From NCBI GenBank assembly GCA_019894665.1, contig JAGXOC010000004.1, positions 5,261-69,260 of the forward strand: a DNA stretch of 64,000 nt, read 5' to 3'. The notes beneath the pieces are model-generated. The model had not been told where the DNA came from, did not search any database, and saw only the letters and a list, made by a program, of their open reading frames with translations. Shown piece after piece: positions 19,740 through 28,750 of this stretch. Made by a program: the position numbers and the translations under genes. The stretch's first letter is position 1; each line of letters begins with the position of its first letter. The DNA is from Candidatus Thorarchaeota archaeon (lineage in GTDB: Archaea > Asgardarchaeota > Thorarchaeia > Thorarchaeales > Thorarchaeaceae).

Positions 19740-19840
19740 ATCGTTTCCACATTGAGAACGGAAAGTTGCACGAGATTACCCCAGATTCGGCGAAACGCTC
19801 AAGGCACCTGTCAAAGATTCAGAGAATGATTGATGGATAA
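19740..19840 (+). pseudogene. Duplicated 3'-end fragment of gene 18916..19323
   Basis: The frame translates to ...HIENGKLHEITPDSAKRSRHLSKIQRMIDG-stop versus the parent C-terminus ...EKEKLYEITADAVKRSRHLSKIQKMLDG-stop. It is preceded by an in-frame stop with no start codon. Confidence 0.6.
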
Positions 19841-19846
19841 TCACGT

Positions 19847-20428
19847 TCAACGTAGTTTCGGAAGGATGAAACCTGCAGTCTTCTTGTATTCAAGGTACTC
19901 GTCACCGTAGTGCTTCACTAGTTTTCTTTCTTCAAAATATGCACCGATCATAGTGTAAATAATCATACTCAGAGAAAACACGATAACAACTGGAAATGGG
20001 TAGATGAATGCTAGAGCAGAAAACACCAAGACTGTTGCCAAGTACAATGGGTGTCGGATTCGTGAATAGATTCCATCTGTGACAAGCTCTGCTTTCCGAT
20101 CCGTTCTCATATCCGCGACCGTACTGACTGATATCACTCGAGTTGCCTTCATTGACAGAATTACTCCTCCTAGACCTGATAGAATTCCAAGTATAAAGAA
20201 GAGTGGTTGAATCAATGCAGGTTGTGTGATGAAGTAGATCCAATTCCAGAAGTTCATTGATAGAAATGCAATCAGTAGAGTGAGTATGCTGGTTGTTTTG
20301 AATATTCTAGCGTAACCCTCTTTACCCCATCTGTCAATGATTCTCGACTTGACACGTAGAGCAGAAATCCCACTGTGCTGTAGTCCAAATAACGTGGTTG
20401 CTAGGATAACGATTAGGTACTCAATCAT
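19847..20428 (-). CDS. Isoprenylcysteine carboxyl methyltransferase / phospholipid methyltransferase-family membrane protein
   Basis: Five to six TM helices. C-terminal RHPLYLA...EERKLVKHYGDEYLEYKKTAGFILP motif of the ICMT/PEMT family. Confidence 0.7.
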   Translation of the reverse strand: MIEYLIVILATTLFGLQHSGISALRVKSRIIDRWGKEGYARIFKTTSILTLLIAFLSMNFWNWIYFITQPALIQPLFFILGILSGLGGVILSMKATRVISVSTVADMRTDRKAELVTDGIYSRIRHPLYLATVLVFSALAFIYPFPVVIVFSLSMIIYTMIGAYFEERKLVKHYGDEYLEYKKTAGFILPKLR

Positions 20429-20533
20429 TGTAAAAACCCTTCAATGCCTACTCGAATCTCATGTCACTAACCTTATAAGTTAACTATTGTGTATATAACA
20501 ATAGTTAATTAATTCCCATTTGGTGAATAATAG

Positions 20534-21106
20534 ATGATTGAAGCAAGCAAGAACCCCTTCTCTCCTGTAGAGATGTGGGACGACACAATGGTCACCGTGA
20601 ATGAAGGTGAAGAGAAAAAGAGAGTGGATGCCAAGCATTACCGAATTCGCTATCTAGTTGGAGAAAGTGAAGACAAGAGATTTGTCGATGGAGGAACTGA
20701 TGATATAACTGAACTGTCTGAAAAGACCCTATTCCTTTCACCAACAGTTCACCGCCTTACTGGAGACCCATTCCACTACGATCATTCGAGAGTGGAAAGC
20801 ATCAGTGGAAAGTCAAGGATTACGGAGAGAACGAGGGAATTGAATCGTCATGCAGCTTGTGATGACCACAAAACAATCGAAGTCATCTTTGAGAGTCCTG
20901 GAGTTGAATGCTGTGCCATGTCCAAGGAGCAAGCTGACGCGATGCGCATCCCACTCCAATACATGGCAGGATACTTGCTCGGTAAGAGTGAGGGAATGTT
21001 GAAACTGGCTCTCTCGAAAACGGTTGTTGACGAAGACACAGAGTACTACGATAACATCCACATCATCCCAGAGTCAGCTGTCAAACAGATGTCTTGTCTG
21101 GAGTAA
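20534..21106 (+). CDS. Hypothetical protein
   Basis: 190-aa ORF, acidic, with no recognisable motif. Confidence 0.35.
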   Translation: MIEASKNPFSPVEMWDDTMVTVNEGEEKKRVDAKHYRIRYLVGESEDKRFVDGGTDDITELSEKTLFLSPTVHRLTGDPFHYDHSRVESISGKSRITERTRELNRHAACDDHKTIEVIFESPGVECCAMSKEQADAMRIPLQYMAGYLLGKSEGMLKLALSKTVVDEDTEYYDNIHIIPESAVKQMSCLE

Positions 21107-21387
21107 TACGCAACTAACTATGAGGATGAACGTCCGATCATCTCCTTGATCTAGCTGTCCCCACACAGCAAGACATCCTTTCGCATCTGGCGTTCTCCTC
21201 TCCCATATTTTCTTTTATATTTCACGGAATCTTAATTGACCCTTTTTTATTTTTTGCGGAGAGAAATCTCATCTGCCAGGCGTTTTGACTGATTACAGTA
21301 GTTTTGTCCATACGTATGTATGAGGATAGGATGTTTTCTTGAAAAAAATCGAGAGAACGGTAATACAAGAGCTCACTTATGCTTAGA

Positions 21388-21396
21388 TTTATATAC
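21388..21396 (+). promoter_or_regulatory. Candidate TATA box (TTTATATAC) upstream of tfb
   Basis: AT-rich element about 110 nt upstream of the tfb start codon. Identified by sequence pattern only. Confidence 0.25.
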
Positions 21397-21508
21397 GCAA
21401 ATAATAGCGCTTTGGGAAGCATCCTTCTTGGGCTGTGATTTTGCATATCCTTCGATTAAGCATGCGCGCGGCCATATCTCAAGAGGAAGTAAATAGGTGA
21501 TTCAAAAA

Positions 21509-22453
21509 ATGGCAAGACCGGCACAATCCGCAACGAACCAGCGAAAGGGAATGGCAATTTGTTCAGTTTGCGGTGGTAGTGATTTTTACCAAGACTTGAC
21601 ACGTGGTGAACACATCTGCACTTCATGTGGATGTGTGATGACAGAGAGAATCCTAGATACTGGACCTGAATGGCGAGCATTCACTGCTGAAGAGCGAAAT
21701 GCTAGGGCAAGAACAGGTTCACCAATGACTTTGACAATGGCAGACAAAGGACTTGCTACAACCATCAGCTGGAGCGACAGAGACGCAAATGGACGCGCAA
21801 TTGCCGCTAGCAGCCGTGCAGCAATCTATCGGATGCGAAAGTGGCAGATCAGAACTCTGGTGCATAGTTCTCAGCACAGGAATCTCAGTATTGCGATGAG
21901 TGAGATGGACAGACTCACATCACAGCTTGGAGTTCCCCACGAAACCAAAGAAACCTCTGCACTGATTTACCGGAAAGCCCTGAGCAAACGCCTCGTTAGG
22001 GGTAGAAGCATCGAGGGCATGGTAGCAGCAACCATCTATCTCTCTTGCAGGATTCACAAAATCCCAAGGCAGCTTGATGAGATTGTCACAGAGGCAAGAG
22101 TCAACAGGAAGGAGCTTGGTCAGTGTGTACGCCTTATCCTGCGTAACGTTGATGTTAAGGTTCCAATTCCATCTGCAAACGACCTTATGCCAAGGATCTC
22201 AGCAGACCTCGATCTTGACGGTAAGACTGTTCAGACAGCGATGAGCATCATCAACGACGCACGCAAGAAAGGTATCACAGCAGGTAAGGACCCCGGTGGT
22301 CTTGCAGCTGCAGCACTCTATATTGCAGGCATTATCGAGGATGATAGGCGCACTCAGAGAGAGATTGCTGAGGCTTCAAATGTTACTGAAGTGACTGTTC
22401 GTAACAGATACAAGGACTTAGCAAACAGTCTCAAAATTACAATCAAACCATAG
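21509..22453 (+). CDS. tfb: Transcription initiation factor IIB (TFB), copy 1
   Basis: N-terminal zinc ribbon CSVCGG...CTSCGC and two cyclin-fold repeats (AAALYIAGIIEDDRRTQREIAEASNVTEVTVRNRYK). The ATG at 21509 is preceded by GGTGA; an alternative GTG lies at 21497. Confidence 0.9.
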   Translation: MARPAQSATNQRKGMAICSVCGGSDFYQDLTRGEHICTSCGCVMTERILDTGPEWRAFTAEERNARARTGSPMTLTMADKGLATTISWSDRDANGRAIAASSRAAIYRMRKWQIRTLVHSSQHRNLSIAMSEMDRLTSQLGVPHETKETSALIYRKALSKRLVRGRSIEGMVAATIYLSCRIHKIPRQLDEIVTEARVNRKELGQCVRLILRNVDVKVPIPSANDLMPRISADLDLDGKTVQTAMSIINDARKKGITAGKDPGGLAAAALYIAGIIEDDRRTQREIAEASNVTEVTVRNRYKDLANSLKITIKP

Positions 22454-22558
22454 TGGTTGGGATTTCTCCCAACTACTTTCTTCTCTTTTTTGATACACTA
22501 GAATTCATTTGTTGAGACTATCTAGCAGATTTTAGATTCTGATGACCCAGTTCATCCA

Positions 22559-22649
22559 TGGCGGCCTCCTAAGAAAATCGAACTCTCAACTCTTGCACGT
22601 TCTTGGATTTGAAGTCAACGGATCCAGACCACCGGCCCTGAAGGAGGCC
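22559..22649 (-). tRNA. Candidate tRNA-like element (possibly an intron-containing tRNA)
   Basis: On the minus strand: 7-bp acceptor-like pairing GGCCTCC/GGAGGCC followed by G-CCA; U8; D-arm CAGG-GCCGGUGG-UCUG; T-loop-like GAGAG-UUCGAUU-UUCUU. The 91-nt length and a non-canonical middle region suggest an intron or another structured RNA. Confidence 0.25.
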
Positions 22650-22692
22650 AAAAGATTGTAAGAATTCAATTGAGGACCGAATCATCCCAAAT

Positions 22693-23346
22693 CTAAAGGT
22701 AACGACCTATCACTTCTTGGGTCTCTCTCTTCCACTCAATGCTCTTCTTTGCAAGATCCGAAGCAATGTTTCCAGGTAGTGCTTCATCACGAGGTAGAGA
22801 CTCGATTTTAGAAAGCCAGCCAGATGTGGTCAAAGTGAGCGGGTGAATTCCATCATCACCTTCAACGGCTTTTATCATCATCTCGCGACCGTGGGCTACT
22901 TGGACGTAAACATTATTGAGGGGGGCTTTATTGAGAATCTCACGGACCACTCTATCCCAACAGGTCTTTGCCACAAGAGCACGTTTCAGCTTCGCTTGGT
23001 CGTCACTGGGCAGGGAGTCGTATTTCGATAGAGCATCGTCCACAGAGCCAACAAGATCATCTAGAAAGACACCTACAGCAACCTCATCTTTGCCCTCCGC
23101 TTCAACGCGGACAGATGATTTAGCTCCGTCAACTGAAATGTTGACACGTGCCTTTTCGCCAGCAATCCGAAGAGAGAATTTCGCCGCACCATTGAATACC
23201 TGACTCTCGGCTTCACTATATTCATCCAATATCACATTGGGTTTTGATGCAACCGAATACCAAGTGATTCTGAAAACTGTCGCAGACTCATCAATGGAAT
23301 AGTTCAGTTTACGTGAAACCTGTACCATATCTTCTGAAGCATCCAA
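22693..23346 (-). CDS. Hypothetical protein
   Basis: 217-aa ORF with coding-like composition. Confidence 0.4.
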   Translation of the reverse strand: MDASEDMVQVSRKLNYSIDESATVFRITWYSVASKPNVILDEYSEAESQVFNGAAKFSLRIAGEKARVNISVDGAKSSVRVEAEGKDEVAVGVFLDDLVGSVDDALSKYDSLPSDDQAKLKRALVAKTCWDRVVREILNKAPLNNVYVQVAHGREMMIKAVEGDDGIHPLTLTTSGWLSKIESLPRDEALPGNIASDLAKKSIEWKRETQEVIGRYL

Positions 23347-23629
23347 CAGTCTTGGCCTCCCTCAAGGGTCTGATAATCTATTAGCTAGATTCCTTATAGA
23401 GTTTGGTCGCATTCATCATAGAGTTTGGTTGGTGCTGCTTCTACGTCATTTTTAGAAGCACCATGGCTGCATTCATCACAAAGTAGCTATGGGGATAAGT
23501 GTCGCTTGAGGAACAAAAGCGCTTTTCTCGACCACTCTTGGTCGTGTCACACGTGCATTGTATAACGTTGCTCACAATCCAGATGGTGCATTAGAGTAGT
23601 TTATTGGGACCATTGTCTGATAGAAAGTC

Positions 23630-24055
23630 ATGGTATCGCGGTCTCTTGAAAAAATGATGCTCATTGCAATAGGTCTCTCAACTGCAGTCATCGTGGGTGT
23701 ACCAGTGTTGATGTATGCAATGGATACGATTAACACGACGTCACAACTGCAAGAGGTGCACCTAGCAGTGGAACAGATCCACAACGCAACGAGAGACGTA
23801 GACAATGGCGTTTCCAATACTACTACAATCACTGTATGGGTTAATCCGGGAGTCACAGTGACCGCGGTCGGGAACACACTGACGGTTTTATTCAGCAATG
23901 ACGGAACAGTCCCGAGGTCATGGGCAGCAACGTACAACCATGACATATCAATCGATCATCCTATTTTGACAACTAGAATCAAAGAACCATACACTGTGGA
24001 AATCGTCTTAGTTGATGGTATCATTCACATCTCATTCTTAGCAGTTCCAATATGA
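23630..24055 (+). CDS. Hypothetical secreted/membrane-anchored protein
   Basis: N-terminal hydrophobic helix MMLIAIGLSTAVIVGVPVLMYA followed by a T/N-rich ectodomain. Confidence 0.4.
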   Translation: MVSRSLEKMMLIAIGLSTAVIVGVPVLMYAMDTINTTSQLQEVHLAVEQIHNATRDVDNGVSNTTTITVWVNPGVTVTAVGNTLTVLFSNDGTVPRSWAATYNHDISIDHPILTTRIKEPYTVEIVLVDGIIHISFLAVPI

Positions 24056-24144
24056 TGCCAAAAGGTTTCAAGAAATAGAGCACAACGTTTTTAATCTAGG
24101 CCCAGATTCACGCCGCCAACACCCTTAGGCGAGGACTGAAAGTA

Positions 24145-25206
24145 ATGGCAGAGAATGTCGATCGAGTCGACGAAACTGGAACCGACGAAGAACTGTCCGA
24201 GCCAGAGGAAGAGATTCTAGAAGAAAAGAAAGAGAAGCCAAAGGAAGAAAAGGCGAAGAAAGCTAGTACTAGAAGGAATCCGTTGGGACTCCTTCTCAAT
24301 CTTAGAATGTTACGTAGAATAGTCCAGATTATCGCCTTCATTGGCGTTAATGGGTACATACTACTGTCTTGGTTTCATATGCCCAATGTACAGGCATTTT
24401 GGCTATCAATCTGGACCAACTTGCCAACACTCCCCATCTTAGCTCCCCTTGAAGCACCCTTTGGAGTCATTGCGGGATCTTTTGATACATTGCTACGTGA
24501 GTTCTCAACTGGCATCTTTCCATTCTTCACGCTAGGAGCAATGCTCATCATTCTCATCATTATTGGCAGGGCACCCTGTGGATGGCTTTGTCCAATTGGC
24601 ACCATCCAAGATTTCGCCACTCTACCAAAACGAACGAAGACTCGCCCAACTCCAGGAACTGAGGAAGAACTTCGAAAAGTGAAGTCGTACATCTTCGTCA
24701 TTGTAGCATTCTTTGCTGTGTGGGTTGGGGTTGCGAGGCTCACTGGAGTAGGCGAAATCCTTGAGAACGCTCTGGGTCCTTTTGCCGATGACGCGTTTGC
24801 ACCCCTGAATCCTGCGTACATACTGTTTGTCCTGCTTCCTGATCAGCTATGGCCAACAAGCCTCGACACTCTTTGGTACTTCTCACAATGGGGATGGCCA
24901 CTCGTACAGATGGGATTCGTCATCTTCGTATTTCTCATCTCATTCTGGATTCCAAGGTGGTTCTGCAGATGGCTCTGTCCTGCAGGTTGGTTCTACAGTG
25001 TATTTTCACGAGATGCCTTGATTGGGATAGGAAGAAATCCGGCACGTTGCACTCCTGACACATGTAATGTGTGTGAAGTTGTGTGTCCAATGAACATACG
25101 AATCCGGAGATTCCCATACAAACACATGCATAGTCCCGATTGTATAATGTGTTTGGATTGTAAGAGTCACTGTCCAAATAATGCCATTGTCCTGAGATTC
25201 TCATAA
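24145..25206 (+). CDS. NapH/MauN-like membrane-bound polyferredoxin (4Fe-4S binding)
   Basis: Acidic/K-rich N-terminus and several TM helices. Motifs GRAPCGWLCPIG and RWFCRWLCPAGW. C-terminal CNVCEVVCP and CIMCLDCKSHCP. Confidence 0.7.
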   Translation: MAENVDRVDETGTDEELSEPEEEILEEKKEKPKEEKAKKASTRRNPLGLLLNLRMLRRIVQIIAFIGVNGYILLSWFHMPNVQAFWLSIWTNLPTLPILAPLEAPFGVIAGSFDTLLREFSTGIFPFFTLGAMLIILIIIGRAPCGWLCPIGTIQDFATLPKRTKTRPTPGTEEELRKVKSYIFVIVAFFAVWVGVARLTGVGEILENALGPFADDAFAPLNPAYILFVLLPDQLWPTSLDTLWYFSQWGWPLVQMGFVIFVFLISFWIPRWFCRWLCPAGWFYSVFSRDALIGIGRNPARCTPDTCNVCEVVCPMNIRIRRFPYKHMHSPDCIMCLDCKSHCPNNAIVLRFS

Positions 25207-25683
25207 ATCCAGGTGATCTGTGGCCTCTAGCACATCATTGAATGCACTGTTGACGCTGGAATACAGCTCCATAAGTTTCAGACCATTCTCTGACACTCTC
25301 GCACCACCGCCACCCTCTGTTCCGCCCTTAAAGGTTTCAACGAGTATGACGCCTAGTTTCTTCTCAATTTTCTTGATGACTCCCCATGCGTAACGATATG
25401 ACATCTGGAGTTTCTTGGCGCCCTTTGTTATGGTCCCCTCGTCGTGAACCGCTTTGAGTATCGCATATGCTCCTGGTCCAAAGATGTACTCTCCATCCCG
25501 TTCAAGCCATAGTTTGTAATCGGGGACGAGTGTGAGATTGCGTTTATCTTTAGCGCACATGTGAACCGTCTCCATGCACAAGGTCTCAGGACCAAGTTTT
25601 GGATTCAAACTGCAGGCTCTAATGACCCCATCGAAGGCGTTCACTCTTCGTGTCTTTCTTGAGACCCCATCGAAGGCGTTCAC
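25201..25683 (-). CDS. ModE-N-domain-like winged-helix regulator (molybdate/tungstate-responsive-type HTH)
   Basis: GPGAYAILKAVHDEGTITKGAKKLQMSYRYAWGVIKKIEKKLGVILVETFKGGTEGGGGARVSENG matches the ModE N-terminal/LysR-type HTH. The true start may be the Met at 25575. The N-terminus carries a 13-aa duplication. Confidence 0.6.
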   Translation of the reverse strand: MNAFDGVSRKTRRVNAFDGVIRACSLNPKLGPETLCMETVHMCAKDKRNLTLVPDYKLWLERDGEYIFGPGAYAILKAVHDEGTITKGAKKLQMSYRYAWGVIKKIEKKLGVILVETFKGGTEGGGGARVSENGLKLMELYSSVNSAFNDVLEATDHLDL

Positions 25684-25882
25684 CCTTCGTGTCTTTCTTG
25701 AAGACTTTCTTCACTGTTTTCCAATGATCGGCACACAGTAAGATAGTTCTTGACCGTGCATCTTTGACCTTTAGATTGGATTTTGTGACGCTCTCAGATA
25801 TCCTATCTCTCTTCATAGACCTCTTTGAAGGCTTCCTGCATCCTGATATACTGCAAATCTTATCCTCTGACACTTGCGACAC
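25619..25882 (-). CDS. Possible small basic zinc-finger protein (C-x4-C ... C-x2-H)
   Basis: 87-aa K/R-rich ORF. Its C-terminus is encoded by the 39-bp tandem repeat and it overlaps the ModE-like start, so it may be spurious. Confidence 0.25.
   Translation of the reverse strand: MSQVSEDKICSISGCRKPSKRSMKRDRISESVTKSNLKVKDARSRTILLCADHWKTVKKVFKKDTKGERLRWGLKKDTKSERLRWGH
25645..25722. repeat. Perfect 39-bp tandem duplication (2 copies, 1 mismatch)
   Basis: GACCCCATCGAAGGCGTTCAC(T/C)CTTCGTGTCTTTCTTGA occurs twice, head to tail. Confidence 0.9.
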
Positions 25883-25930
25883 TTCAAGTACACTACCTGT
25901 TGTCAGGTATTATAACTATGCTCATTGATA

Positions 25931-26929
25931 TCAAACATTCGTATCTTTAGGAGTGAAGACTCCGCCTTCTGAAAAGTCAAAGAAAATCAGTTCTTCATCA
26001 CCAAGTCTTAGTTTGACTGCTTTGGAGTTATCAGCATGACCAACGATGGCAATCGACAGACCATGCTCATCCGCAATACGTTTTACTTCCAGCAGATTAT
26101 CCTCAGATGTAGCAACAAGAAAACCCAACGAAATAAACATTCGAATCCAGTCTTCTAAGGGAATATCTGAGGGACGTGATGAATCAAATAAGTCTAGATT
26201 GAGAGTACCTCCACATCCGGAGTACTCCAACATCATTCCAGCGGTACCAATCACTCCAGCAACAGAAACATCCTTAGCAGCTGTTAACAACTGCTCACTT
26301 GCGAGCTCGTTCATTACGGAGAGTCTCTGGTTGACTTCCTCTGAGGAGCGGCCTGTGACTGAATCCCATCCTAGTGTGTAACTTTCCCCTCTCTGTCCGA
26401 CTTCGTCAAATAACATCACAAGAACATTACCGGTTTCTGCACCACCTGCAGTGAGAAGATTGTTCTTCATCACTGTACCCGTTGCGGATCCGACAACATA
26501 CGTGGAACTTGAGCGAGGATTTGTGTGTCCTCGGACAATGGGTACTCTGAAAGTCTGCGATCCACTAATCAGTCCATCAAGTAATGCATCACCAATTTCT
26601 GGATCAGAATATGAGAGAGCAACTGCAAAAGACGTTGGAGTTCCGCCTGCGGCATAGATGTCCATCATACAGGCAAGGACTGCATTGAACCCAGCTGCTC
26701 GGGGACTGTTCAGACAGAGGTCTTCAACAATCCCATCTGTGGTCAGAAGTACAATCTCATCAGACCCCGTTCCTATTGCTGCAGAGTCCTCCCCTAGACC
26801 GTGCGGAGTGTTGCCATTGAAAGATTCTTGTCTCAGTTTATCAATGATAGAAGGAAGCACAAATTTTCTTGAGATACCATCAAAGCTCATGAGGAGTTTT
26901 AGGATCTCATCTAGACGACTCAAGTCCAA
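25931..26929 (-). CDS. PurM-like (AIR-synthase-related) superfamily protein
   Basis: N-domain pattern GEDSAAI...LLTTDGI typical of the PurM/ThiL/HypE fold; 332 aa. Confidence 0.45.
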   Translation of the reverse strand: MDLSRLDEILKLLMSFDGISRKFVLPSIIDKLRQESFNGNTPHGLGEDSAAIGTGSDEIVLLTTDGIVEDLCLNSPRAAGFNAVLACMMDIYAAGGTPTSFAVALSYSDPEIGDALLDGLISGSQTFRVPIVRGHTNPRSSSTYVVGSATGTVMKNNLLTAGGAETGNVLVMLFDEVGQRGESYTLGWDSVTGRSSEEVNQRLSVMNELASEQLLTAAKDVSVAGVIGTAGMMLEYSGCGGTLNLDLFDSSRPSDIPLEDWIRMFISLGFLVATSEDNLLEVKRIADEHGLSIAIVGHADNSKAVKLRLGDEELIFFDFSEGGVFTPKDTNV

Positions 26930-27164
26930 TCACTCTATACTAGGGAACTGGTGCAATAGGACCAGGAAGTAGGCCAAGGGCAAAAGCAACTTGACCAAGT
27001 AGGATTCCAATTCCTAGGAGTGATATTCCAACCATGAAGTAGATGAGCGCTCTCATCTCGGGACGGATTTCCTTGAACACTTCAGTTCACCATCGCTAAA
27101 CAGCGAACTGCGTGTTACTTATAGACATTGTGCCATGATTGATTGTTAATGACCTCTACCACTG

Positions 27165-27509
27165 TCATCTCTGTCTGAACTTTCTCGCTATATTTTTAGG
27201 CATTGCATCCGGGTAGGGTTCGTCAAGTTTGACTCTAGCCTGTGTCTGAACAGGACGAGTAGTTTGCTTACACTTGCCATCCTGCGTCATCTTTTGATTC
27301 GCGCACTTAGAATGTATACACCATCCCTGATCGCACTCTTCGTCGATCCAAGTGCACCAGACAGCTTTCTTATTATCCTGTTTCCTAATCTTAAGAGCAG
27401 GGGGTTTCTTTTCACACATGAATTTCTCACACAGAGCTGTGCATTCTACATTGTTGCTGACCATTACTGACCGCTCCAAAGTTTGTTTATATTCACCTCT
27501 TCTCAGCAA
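27165..27509 (-). CDS. Cys-rich small protein (9 Cys), unknown function
   Basis: 114 aa, basic, with several CxxC-like pairs. Overlaps the upstream gene by 17 bp. Confidence 0.4.
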   Translation of the reverse strand: MLRRGEYKQTLERSVMVSNNVECTALCEKFMCEKKPPALKIRKQDNKKAVWCTWIDEECDQGWCIHSKCANQKMTQDGKCKQTTRPVQTQARVKLDEPYPDAMPKNIARKFRQR

Positions 27510-28293
27510 TCCTGAGTAGCGATATTAGTCGTTCCTGGCCGCCTTCCACAATCATGATAGTTCTCTTAAGACGGACTATTGATGAATCGTAGGAGTCGCG
27601 GGATATGTCACCAATCTTGAATTTTGCTTCGACCCTACTGACCTCTTTGTCAAGTGTCTTGAGCGTTTTCTTGATTCCTTTCACCCATTGCTTCGCAGTC
27701 TTTATCGCGTGCTTCAAATTTGATTGAAGTTCTTTGAGGGCGCCAAGAATCTCAACGCGTTGCTCCTTGTATACATCTTTGTCAACTGTGCCTGAAATAG
27801 CTTCAAGTTTCGCGAGTCTTTCCTCATCTTTGTCAAGAGCATCAAGTAACTTTTCTAAGACCAATGGTGCTGAAACAGTAGTCAGTTCCCTTCGACGACT
27901 CTTGGCCTTCTCAAACTCGTCACGAAGCTCTTCTGCTCTGACGGTGAGAATTTGCTTGTCGGCTTGTTGAAGTTGTAGAGCTTGTCTAGTTGCCTTGGTT
28001 CTCTCAATGATATTATCAAGTTCCAGGTCTACAACCTCAAGCTCGGATCTAGACAGAAGCACAACCGCAGCCTCATGTTCCATATCCTCAATCGTCACGT
28101 CAAAATGAGGTAGAACCATTTTCTCTGGTTCAGGTGAAGGAACATAGGACTCAATGGCTTCTTCAAACTGTGGTTCTGCATCTGGAGAACTGAATGGAAC
28201 CTCTGTATCAAGTGGTTTTCCACAAATCTTACAGAAACGGCCCTCTGGGACTTCCATACCACAGAAAGGACATGTAACATGCGGTTCTGACAC
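27493..28293 (-). CDS. Zinc-ribbon + long coiled-coil protein, unknown function
   Basis: N-terminal CPFCG...CKICG zinc ribbon followed by about 200 aa of heptad-rich E/K/L/R sequence. Confidence 0.45.
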   Translation of the reverse strand: MSEPHVTCPFCGMEVPEGRFCKICGKPLDTEVPFSSPDAEPQFEEAIESYVPSPEPEKMVLPHFDVTIEDMEHEAAVVLLSRSELEVVDLELDNIIERTKATRQALQLQQADKQILTVRAEELRDEFEKAKSRRRELTTVSAPLVLEKLLDALDKDEERLAKLEAISGTVDKDVYKEQRVEILGALKELQSNLKHAIKTAKQWVKGIKKTLKTLDKEVSRVEAKFKIGDISRDSYDSSIVRLKRTIMIVEGGQERLISLLRIAEKR

Positions 28294-28358
28294 GGCTTTG
28301 CTCCATCCTTGATTAAAGTCTTAATCGGACTGCGGTCCGGTAGGTTGTTTGATATTTT

Positions 28359-28685
28359 TCATGCTAGCGAAGCCAGTCGATTACTCACTTCATCTAGCTG
28401 AGCTTTTGTTGCGACTATTGTATTTGCACCATAAGTTGGTAGAACTTTCAACTCTTCTACAAGAAGAGCTATAGCCTTTGAAGAGTCAATCTCCTTCTTA
28501 TCTAGAGTGCCATCAGGAAATGTTAGTGACGCCTCCACCCATTTCGTCCTTGTGTCATCAGACGGAAATAGACAGTAGATATAGTCATCATTGCTGCAGA
28601 TAAATGAGGGAGTATTCTCCCAGGCTTGTGCCAACAGCATACCAAAAGCCTTCGCGTTTTCAGCCTTATCAGCCATAGGATTCAT
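28359..28685 (-). CDS. Hypothetical protein
   Basis: 108-aa ORF co-directional with and adjacent to the zinc-ribbon gene. Confidence 0.35.
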   Translation of the reverse strand: MNPMADKAENAKAFGMLLAQAWENTPSFICSNDDYIYCLFPSDDTRTKWVEASLTFPDGTLDKKEIDSSKAIALLVEELKVLPTYGANTIVATKAQLDEVSNRLASLA

Positions 28686-28750
28686 CCTCGGGGCCAGATG
28701 TTATGACGAACAACGTAATTGCGAACTTAAAACTTTCTCAGTCAGTCTAA

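Noticed and set aside
23572-23946. 124-aa minus-strand ORF overlapping 23630..24055
   Set aside because: The plus-strand ORF has a clear N-terminal TM/signal segment and better coding character, so only one can be real and the plus-strand one was kept.
24375-24821. 148-aa minus-strand ORF
   Set aside because: It is antisense to the NapH-like polyferredoxin gene, which has clear CxxCP and TM motifs.
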